Assembly: GCF_002156965.1 (NCBI RefSeq)
Contig: NZ_CP021324.1
Location: 570,681 to 602,680 of the forward strand
Length of the DNA: 32,000 nucleotides
Direction: 5' to 3'
DNA from: Candidatus Nitrosomarinus catalinensis
Lineage (GTDB): Archaea > Thermoproteota > Nitrososphaeria > Nitrososphaerales > Nitrosopumilaceae
Program-made: the position numbers and the translations under genes
Part shown: one piece after another, positions 13,859 through 20,746 of the stretch
Position numbering within the stretch: the first letter of the stretch is position 1
Layout: the number at the start of each line of letters is the position of its first letter
The notes under the pieces: model-generated
Seen by the model: the letters and a program-made list of their open reading frames with translations, nothing else
Database searches by the model: none
What the model was told of the DNA's origin: nothing

Positions 13859-16800
13859 ATGGGTTTGTTTGGAAGGAAAAAGACAGATAAAGAAAAAGAA
13901 GAGGACCAAAAAATGAAGATTAAGAAAAGACCATTCAAAGAGGCTAGAGAGTTTGTTCACAAATTAAAATTAAAAAATAGTTTAGAATGGAGAGAATATG
14001 CTAAATCAGGAGAAAAACCTGATGACATTCCATCAGACCCTCGTTCTTACAAAACAGAATGGAAGGGAATGGGAGATTGGTTGGGAAATGGGAATATCCA
14101 TCCAAAGTACTGGTATTCTGAAGACCACTACATGCAATTCAAAGAAGCCAGGGAATTAGTTAGCAAAAAGAAATTCAAATCAAACAAAGAATACAGAAAA
14201 TGGGTAAGAAGTGGTAAAGCACCCAAAGGACTACCAATAAATCCAGATAGTGAAAGACAATGGAAAGAGAATTGGACAAATTGGCCTGATTTTTTAGGAA
14301 AGGGATATGTGTCATACCAAGAAGCAAAAAAACTCGTCAAACAACTAAATTGTGAAACTGAAGCAGATTGGGAACGAATTTCTAAAGATTTTAAAATCAA
14401 AAACAAACTACCGATTAGCACAAGAACATATTATACAAAATTGGGAATGTGGACAAATTGGCCTGATTTTTTAGGGAAAGAAACCAAAAAAAATACTCCA
14501 AAAACTGCAACATTCAAAGAATGTCAAGATTTTGCTATACAAAACGGAATTGGTGATTTAACCCAATGGCATAATTGGTATAAAAATGGAAAATTACCTT
14601 TGAATTTTCCTAGTAATTTAGATCAATATTTCAGAAAGACGAAACAATGGAAAAATGCTGATCATTTCTTTAATAGAAAACCAAAAAAATTTCTTCCTTT
14701 TGAACAACAATTAGTAATTGCACAAAAATATTGTAAAAAAAATCACATTACAAAAAAAGAAGAATGGTTTGAACATTTTCAAACAAATCCATTGCCTGAA
14801 GGACTACATAAGGCACCTAATCGAATAAAATTATCAAAAAATCAGAAATTTAGGTGGCATGTTTGGTTAGGAATAGATGAAAACGATCCATTAATGAGAA
14901 ACAGTAAATCAATTTATGCATCATACAAACAACATCAAAAATTCGCCATACAAAATAACATAACAACAGGGGGACAATGGCACAAATTCATGGAAAAAAA
15001 TAAAGATAAAATTCCATTAAATATTTCACTACATCCAGATTCATATTTTATTAAAAAGGGATTATGGCCAAAAAATGGCTGGTATGGATTCCTAAATCAA
15101 GAAGAAAACCCATGGTGTACTTATGAAGATGCAAAAAAATATCTCAAACCATTTAATCTTGTTTCAAAACGAGATTACAAAAAATGGTTATCACAAAACA
15201 AAACTATCAAAATAAATGGCAAAAAATTACCTAATGCACCTGAATCTGTTTATTCAAAACAAAGTGTTTGGATAGATTGGTTTGATTTTCTAGGTAGAGA
15301 AGATCTACGAATGACATTAGAAAATACAAAAAAACTTGTCAAGGCACTCATAGACAGTAAAATTATTCATCAAGCAAATCCAGAGGATCAAGTAGTTTTT
15401 GCAAAATTATTAATGATCAATGAAATTTATGGTCGTAACAATACAAAAAGTAGTAAATTTCTAAAACAACTACAAAGTGCTTCTCTATCCCCATCAGGTT
15501 TAAAAAAAATAATACGTTACGCAGAATCTGATTCATTAGAATTACCTGACATTTCAAAAGATGTAACGATTGATCCTGAACAATTATCTGAAGAGAGAAA
15601 AATTGTAAACAAAAATCAAAGTGTTTCAGAAAAAGATGATGGTCTATTAACGGATTATTCTCCTCAACCTACAAAAGATATTCTTAAATTTACAGATATT
15701 GAAAAATCTTTACTAATTTCTATTGACGAAGAATCAATGAAATTTTTTGTAACATTTCTTGTTCACAAGTTATGGAATAGAGCATTTCTAAAAGAAGAAG
15801 AGACAGTATCGGATGTAAAAGGAGAAGGTAAAACTGGTAATGATTTTCATGATAAAGTAATTACAACATTTCTCGATGAATACAAGGGAACAAAGGAATT
15901 AAAAATTCCTAAAGGATATGCATTTCCACATGAACCATACCTTATGCAACGATATGTTGCATACAAGGCTACAAGTGTAAAATCTCGATACTTTGCAAAT
16001 ACATCTGAGCCTGGAGCAGGAAAAACACTTTCTGCAATACTGGCTTCAAGAGTAATGAATGCAAAAACAACACTAGTCCTATGTCCAAAGAATGTGATTG
16101 AACAATGGGGAGATAAAATAAAAGAAATTTTTCCCGATTCTGAAGTAATTATACGGAATAAAGTATTTTCAATTTCAAAATCTGCAAAAAATCCTAGATA
16201 TTTGATTATAAATTATGATATATTCAATCAACAAACATCAGGCAAAAAAATTTCCATATTTAAAAAAATAAAAATTGATTTTGTCATTATGGATGAAATT
16301 CAATTTGCAAAGGCTCCATTAAAAAAGAATATTGATGAAGAGACATCTCGATCAAGACGATTACATTTGGAAAATTCGTTAAAATACATTAAAGAAAATA
16401 ATCCTAAATCAAGAAGACTGGGACTTTCTGCAACTCCAATAATTAATACCTTGAAAGAAGGACGCTCACTTTTAGAATTACTATCAGGTAGAAACCACAA
16501 TCATGTAAAAACAGATGATAGGTTTTTCTTTAACGGAGTAGGAATGTATGAACAGTTAACCAATATATCCATACGTCAAAGAAATGGTCAAAATTTTAAA
16601 ATTGAAAAACATCCTTCAGTAATTGTAGATGCTCCAATCTCATCACCATTTTCAGAATTAGAACAAAATCCACTACTCATAGAACTTGAATTGACAGATG
16701 CAAGAATTTCTGAAATAATTAAAAAAATTGAAGGTCAAACCATCATCTATACAGAATATGTTGGTAAGGGAAAAATAGATTCCAATATTGTGAAAAAACT

Positions 16801-17920
16801 AACAACCGCATTAGATGATAAGCAAATCACGTGGGGGCTGTATACTGGAACAAGAAAATATGAACTGGAAGACTTTTCACCTAAAAATAAATTTCAAGTT
16901 TTAATCTGCTCCAGTCCAATTTCAGTAGGTGTTGACGGACTACAACTGTCATGTAATCGAATAATTTTCAACTCACTTCCATGGACACATGCTCAATATG
17001 AGCAAATTATAGGCAGAATTGCACGAAAAGGACAGACAAAACCGATAGATGTTTTTCATATTAATGCCAGAATTCCAGTAACCAAGAAGGGAAGAACACA
17101 TTATATCGAATATGATCAAGGAAAATTAAATCTAATTAAAAGAAAACAGACTCTAGCAGATTGTGCTGTTGATGGAATTCTACCTCGAGATAATAAAATA
17201 ATTACAAAAACAAGAGCAATGAAAGAAGTTGTAAAATGGTATAAGAGATTAGAAAACGAAGATTATTCTTTTGTATTTGTTGAAGAGCTTGATGTTCCAG
17301 AAATTGTTGAAAGAGAGCCAACTGTAAGAAAACTGGGCAGATTAGAAGAGATGCATAAGCAGGTGTTTCATGTACATTCCAAAAAAGTTCATGAAATGCT
17401 AAAAGAAGATCCGCAATGGGTAATAGAGTATCACAATGAATATCGTAAATCTCGACAAACGTGGGATGTTATTCCTTATGAGTACTACATTAAGAAATTG
17501 AATGAAATGTCTCCTAGGTTAAAGATAGGAGATTTTGGATGTGGTGAAGCAAAAATCCGAGAGTCACTTGGAGACGATAGGGTCAAAAGCATTGATCATG
17601 TTGCAATAGAATATCAAGACATTGCAAAAACAAAAAACATCATCTCGTGTGATATGGTAGATGTATCCGAATACATCAAAGATGGCGCATTGGATGTTGC
17701 AGTATTTTCACTTTCTATGTGGGGCAATAATTGGAAGTCTTACTTTAAAGAGGCAAACAGATGTTTGGCTAAAAATGGCTTCTTGTTTGTATGTGAAACA
17801 ACTGCCAAAATGAATTCGTGGTTAAAGGGATTGGATGATACTCTCAAAGAAGAGGGTTTTGATGTACACTCCAAAATAAAAATTGAACAGTTCACTTTCA
17901 TTGAAGCACGTAAAATCTAA
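13859..17920 (+). CDS. Giant multidomain protein: 7 Trp-rich tandem repeats + SNF2-family ATPase + Rrp8-like SAM-dependent methyltransferase
   Basis: This is an uninterrupted 1353-codon ORF. SNF2 motifs present: EPGAGKT, LVLCPKNVIEQW, VIMDEIQ, LGLSATPIINTLKEGRSLLELL, IIFNSLPWTHAQYEQIIGRIARKGQ. Methyltransferase motifs present: IGDFGCGEAKI and LDVAVFSLSMWGNNW..EANRCLAKNGFLFVCE. The exact start is uncertain, because Met19 at 13913 is an alternative. Confidence 0.9.
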   Translation: MGLFGRKKTDKEKEEDQKMKIKKRPFKEAREFVHKLKLKNSLEWREYAKSGEKPDDIPSDPRSYKTEWKGMGDWLGNGNIHPKYWYSEDHYMQFKEARELVSKKKFKSNKEYRKWVRSGKAPKGLPINPDSERQWKENWTNWPDFLGKGYVSYQEAKKLVKQLNCETEADWERISKDFKIKNKLPISTRTYYTKLGMWTNWPDFLGKETKKNTPKTATFKECQDFAIQNGIGDLTQWHNWYKNGKLPLNFPSNLDQYFRKTKQWKNADHFFNRKPKKFLPFEQQLVIAQKYCKKNHITKKEEWFEHFQTNPLPEGLHKAPNRIKLSKNQKFRWHVWLGIDENDPLMRNSKSIYASYKQHQKFAIQNNITTGGQWHKFMEKNKDKIPLNISLHPDSYFIKKGLWPKNGWYGFLNQEENPWCTYEDAKKYLKPFNLVSKRDYKKWLSQNKTIKINGKKLPNAPESVYSKQSVWIDWFDFLGREDLRMTLENTKKLVKALIDSKIIHQANPEDQVVFAKLLMINEIYGRNNTKSSKFLKQLQSASLSPSGLKKIIRYAESDSLELPDISKDVTIDPEQLSEERKIVNKNQSVSEKDDGLLTDYSPQPTKDILKFTDIEKSLLISIDEESMKFFVTFLVHKLWNRAFLKEEETVSDVKGEGKTGNDFHDKVITTFLDEYKGTKELKIPKGYAFPHEPYLMQRYVAYKATSVKSRYFANTSEPGAGKTLSAILASRVMNAKTTLVLCPKNVIEQWGDKIKEIFPDSEVIIRNKVFSISKSAKNPRYLIINYDIFNQQTSGKKISIFKKIKIDFVIMDEIQFAKAPLKKNIDEETSRSRRLHLENSLKYIKENNPKSRRLGLSATPIINTLKEGRSLLELLSGRNHNHVKTDDRFFFNGVGMYEQLTNISIRQRNGQNFKIEKHPSVIVDAPISSPFSELEQNPLLIELELTDARISEIIKKIEGQTIIYTEYVGKGKIDSNIVKKLTTALDDKQITWGLYTGTRKYELEDFSPKNKFQVLICSSPISVGVDGLQLSCNRIIFNSLPWTHAQYEQIIGRIARKGQTKPIDVFHINARIPVTKKGRTHYIEYDQGKLNLIKRKQTLADCAVDGILPRDNKIITKTRAMKEVVKWYKRLENEDYSFVFVEELDVPEIVEREPTVRKLGRLEEMHKQVFHVHSKKVHEMLKEDPQWVIEYHNEYRKSRQTWDVIPYEYYIKKLNEMSPRLKIGDFGCGEAKIRESLGDDRVKSIDHVAIEYQDIAKTKNIISCDMVDVSEYIKDGALDVAVFSLSMWGNNWKSYFKEANRCLAKNGFLFVCETTAKMNSWLKGLDDTLKEEGFDVHSKIKIEQFTFIEARKI
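13928..15298 (+). repeat. Seven tandem coding repeats (~58-70 aa each) ending in a W-x-x-W-x-D-F-L-G type motif
   Basis: Units start near aa 24, 91, 150, 217, 278, 353 and 419. An identical 26-nt DNA block, TGGACAAATTGGCCTGATTTTTTAGG, occurs at 14273-14298 and 14450-14475, which is 177 nt apart. Confidence 0.8.
15926..17158 (+). other. SNF2/Swi2-type SF2 ATPase core (domain of the giant ORF)
   Basis: Walker A is at 16007-16027 and DEIQ at 16292-16303. LSATP lies within aa 855-859 (nt 16421-16435), and the Q..GR..R.GQ motif is at 17003-17035. Confidence 0.8.
17411..17917 (+). other. Rrp8-like (Methyltransf_8-like) class I SAM methyltransferase domain of the giant ORF
   Basis: Motif I, IGDFGCGEA, is at 17525-17551. 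The pre-motif YHNEYRKSRQTWDVIPYEYYIKKL and post-motif DVAVFSLSMWGNN / EANRCLAKNGFLFVCE match remembered Rrp8 strings. Confidence 0.65.
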
Positions 17921-18339
17921 AAAAACTCACTCTGCCCTAGAGTCCTTATGAAATGGGGAATGCTCATGTTTAAAACCAGAAATAATTCTCAAAAAACAGC
18001 TTGATCAATTGGTAAATATCAGAAATACACAACATAATGTATGAAAATGACTGATAGTCTATCGGTTAGCAGTCAGATTAAGAAAAAAATTTGCTTTACT
18101 GTGATCATATTTTAAATTGTTAAATTATTTTTTAGAACAGGAATAAGATCTTAAACTCACCAATTAACAATTTGTTGTATTTTTTATTGAAAATATATTT
18201 TTCTTAATATTATTTTATTTGATATAGTTATAATTTTGAATATTTAGAAAATATATTGAAATTATTACATAAAAATCTTAAATACTTATACATTGTATGA
18301 AATATGATGTCGTTAGTTCTAAAAACTAATGAATAAAGT

Positions 18340-18432
18340 GCGTAGCCCCGCAGAACGAAAAAGGCACTCAGGCGTTTGACGCTTGACCACAAGAGGAAAT
18401 CTCTTATTGTTCTGCAATTAAGCGGGCTTCGC
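18340..18432 (+). ncRNA. Candidate structured RNA of unknown class (three-way junction)
   Basis: This is a GC-rich island in very AT-rich spacer. The closing stem pairs 18340-18356 with 18409-18432. Hairpin A is TCAGGCG-TTTGA-CGCTTGA (18368-18386), with one G-U that is only valid on the + strand. Hairpin B is AAGAG-GAAAT-CTCTT (18391-18405). Confidence 0.4.
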
Positions 18433-18513
18433 CATTTAATTTCCTATTTGATCTGTTCATGCAAATTTTTTACCTAAACATATTAGAAATCCAATACCAT
18501 CCATGTTAGTACG

Positions 18514-19077
18514 ATGGTAATGATTCATGATGATTACATTTTATTTTGTACTTCTCAGTGGGTTGAACTAAAAGACATAATTGAAAGATGTGGTGGTAAT
18601 GAATCTGAAGTAGTTGAATCTATTCAAAGACTAGCCTATATGGGATTTCTTGAATCTAGAACTTTAAAAAATAATTTATTTTATAAAAAACTTGATACGC
18701 CTCAAACTCATGATCAATTTTCATCAATGATGGATAATTTCTTAGAATACCAAAAATTTGAAATTGACCTGATAAAAAAGATTCCAACTATAATGTTCAG
18801 TGATGGTGGTCGATTTGGTTTTAGTAAAGATGGATTAAAATTGCTTGAACATATTCAAGAAGAAATTAATAGAATAACTATGGTAATTTCTAAAATTGAT
18901 CATTTTGATAAAATTAGACTTTTGCAGCATCCAATAGCACAACAAAGAATCAAACGATTACAAAATCACATTAATCGAATAATGGACACAATGTTGGATT
19001 CTTACAAGGATGTTCGTTCTAATGTTGCACTTCAAGAATATTTTAAAACACATACAGGAAAATTAAACACTGTTTGA
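18514..19077 (+). CDS. Putative winged-helix protein with a helical C-terminal domain (187 aa)
   Basis: The string VELKDIIERCGGNESEVVESIQRLAYMGFLESR is wHTH-like. It is the third member of the ~190-aa architecture seen at 2235 and 7897. Confidence 0.65.
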   Translation: MVMIHDDYILFCTSQWVELKDIIERCGGNESEVVESIQRLAYMGFLESRTLKNNLFYKKLDTPQTHDQFSSMMDNFLEYQKFEIDLIKKIPTIMFSDGGRFGFSKDGLKLLEHIQEEINRITMVISKIDHFDKIRLLQHPIAQQRIKRLQNHINRIMDTMLDSYKDVRSNVALQEYFKTHTGKLNTV

Positions 19078-19081
19078 ATAG

Positions 19082-20194
19082 TTATGTAACTATCTCATCA
19101 AGACGATCTTCTTCTTGAGCTCTTTTAATTTCCATTGCAATTCTTCGTCCGACTCCAAATGTTTGACCATACTGGTATTTTGTATATGGGCTAGTTGTTG
19201 CAACTATGGGGTTTCCTGGAACTCTTAATGAAACATCATAAACAATTAATTCTAAATCTTTAGTAATGACACTTTGAAGTGAAAATGGACCAATTATGCC
19301 TGGAGCATATTCTTTTTTTACTGCTGAGACAAACTTGTCTCCCATTTTTAGAACTTTTTCAAGCAAAGATTCTCTAATACTTGCTGGAGTATGGCCTACC
19401 TCAATATTTTGTAAATCAATATCCATCTCCAATTGCTCTTTTGCTGGTAATGCATTATAGTCATGAATGTTTGTTTGAAGTCTTCTTTCGATTCCAATGA
19501 AGTCAACTTGATTTGAAATAGGTGTGTGAAAGAAATTAAAATTCATGTAAGTTCCAATTGCTAATTCTTCTATACTTGCTTTTTCTAAATCCTTTTTTGC
19601 AATAACTCCTTGTTTGATTTTCTGTTCTGATTTTTCTTTGTAATCTTTGTATGATGATACCGTAAAAAATGCTCTTTCTAAAGGTCTATTTTTTTCTTGA
19701 ACCTTTACTATGGATGGTTTGTTGATTCTTTTTGGGTCTTTGAATAATTTTGGATATTTGATTCTGGCTTTTTCTAAAAGATAGTATTGTCCTTTTTTAG
19801 CAGTTCTTTCTTCAGCTTGAAATAATTTCCTATTTCCAAAAATTGGAACTTTGAATTTATCTTCAATTGTTTTGTAACCCAGATAAACTGTGAGAGACCT
19901 GTGTGGAACAACAATTGTGTTTGAATCTCTTAACATTTTTTGATTTTTAGCTGATGCCATGTCTTTGAATTTATCTAATACTACTATTTGGTCTGCAATT
20001 CTGTTGAATCTTTGATAAGGTCCTTCTCTACCTTTTTGGCAAAAAACAGTTGTTTCAAAATTTTCATCCTTTGCTCCGTCCATTACTTCTAAAGCAGAAT
20101 GACTTCCTAGTACTCCTATTTTTACATCTGAATAATCATTAACTATTTTCTTGATCTCAGAACTTTTGATCATATTATGCCTAAATATTGGCAT
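19082..20194 (-). CDS. purP: 5-formaminoimidazole-4-carboxamide ribonucleotide (FAICAR) synthetase, archaeal PurP (ATP-grasp)
   Basis: The N-terminus IGVLGSHSALEVMDGAKDENFETTVFCQKGRE..YQRF matches the remembered PurP signature. The ~370-aa length fits. Confidence 0.92.
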   Translation of the reverse strand: MPIFRHNMIKSSEIKKIVNDYSDVKIGVLGSHSALEVMDGAKDENFETTVFCQKGREGPYQRFNRIADQIVVLDKFKDMASAKNQKMLRDSNTIVVPHRSLTVYLGYKTIEDKFKVPIFGNRKLFQAEERTAKKGQYYLLEKARIKYPKLFKDPKRINKPSIVKVQEKNRPLERAFFTVSSYKDYKEKSEQKIKQGVIAKKDLEKASIEELAIGTYMNFNFFHTPISNQVDFIGIERRLQTNIHDYNALPAKEQLEMDIDLQNIEVGHTPASIRESLLEKVLKMGDKFVSAVKKEYAPGIIGPFSLQSVITKDLELIVYDVSLRVPGNPIVATTSPYTKYQYGQTFGVGRRIAMEIKRAQEEDRLDEIVT

Positions 20195-20272
20195 CTAATA
20201 TATGTAAAATTACAATATATCAGATCGGAATATACCAAAATGTTTTTTTTAAATGCCAGTTTAAAAAAAACT

Positions 20273-20434
20273 ATGTTTTATTCATTTGAACTTCAAATGG
20301 CAGGTGTAATTTTACTAACTGCAATGGCTGTTTGTGGTGTTTCATTATGGATTAAACGAAGAAAATTAGAAAAGGAATCTGTTGAACAAGAATCTGCTGA
20401 ATCCATTGAACAAGATATATCTGAAAACAAGTGA
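20273..20434 (+). CDS. Small single-pass membrane protein with an acidic tail; start uncertain
   Basis: The listed ORF start (20177) would overlap the purP start codon region. The hydrophobic helix AGVILLTAMAVCGVSLWI follows Met codons at 20273 and 20297. A hairpin lies downstream at 20458-20474. Confidence 0.4.
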   Translation: MFYSFELQMAGVILLTAMAVCGVSLWIKRRKLEKESVEQESAESIEQDISENK

Positions 20435-20718
20435 TATGATTTAAAAATTATTTTTGAAAGAAGCTAGGCTTCTTCTTGTTTACAATTAATACACATCTTT
20501 TTTGATAAAATTTCAAACCATGCGAAATTATGGACATAACCTTTCTTACAACTCATAGGAATAATCTCTATGAAGAAAATATTCAAGGTAAAGGGTCAAA
20601 TCTAATATCGATCTAAGCCAAATCATAATTTGTTTTATGTATTATTTACTTTCAATTTGCACACCTTGTCAAAGAATTCCTATTTGCAATTCTATTTTTT
20701 AGAATTTATTGCATAGTA

Positions 20719-20728
20719 TTTTAAATAA
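20719..20728 (+). promoter_or_regulatory. Putative TATA box for the PQQ-type dehydrogenase gene
   Basis: TTTTAAATAA is centred about 24 nt upstream of the GTG start at 20747. Confidence 0.35.
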
Positions 20729-20746
20729 AAAAACTTTCATGTAATT

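Noticed and set aside
13339-16500. ORFs 13339-13626 (+), 13705-13938 (-), 14128-14421 (-) and 16300-16500 (-) around or within the giant gene
   Set aside because: 13339-13626 is antisense to the Zn-ribbon gene. 13705-13938 runs across the promoter and start of the giant ORF. The other two are antisense to the repeat and SNF2 regions. None has a recognisable motif.
13859-17920. Interpreting the giant protein as a conventional type I/IIG/III R-M, BREX or DISARM component
   Set aside because: No N6-adenine or C5-cytosine DNA-methylase catalytic motifs are seen, and no nuclease or PLD domain. No specificity subunit or partner genes (PglZ, BrxC, DrmA/B etc.) are in the neighbourhood. The methyltransferase resembles an RNA-type (Rrp8) enzyme instead.
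12551-17967. 9-bp direct repeat AATGCTCAT at 12551-12559 and 17959-17967 flanking the giant-gene module (possible att or target-site duplication)
   Set aside because: A back-of-envelope estimate, for two spacers of ~170 and ~590 bp at this base composition, gives about one chance 9-mer match. No integrase or transposase is present, so this is not significant on its own.
18100-18300. AT-rich tract as a replication origin
   Set aside because: No ORB or mini-ORB-like inverted repeats are visible, and no adjacent orc1/cdc6 gene is present. AT-richness alone is insufficient in a genome this AT-rich.
18340-18432. Reading the GC-rich element as a tRNA, a tRNA fragment or an H/ACA sRNA
   Set aside because: It has no 7-bp acceptor with U8, no GTTC(R)A T-loop on either strand, no anticodon-arm geometry and no 3' ACA box. 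It is kept only as an unclassified structured-RNA candidate.
20177-20272. Listed start (20177) of the 85-aa ORF
   Set aside because: It would overlap the purP start codon region on the opposite strand, and the N-terminal 32 aa have no features. A downstream Met (20273 or 20297) preceding the TM helix is more plausible.
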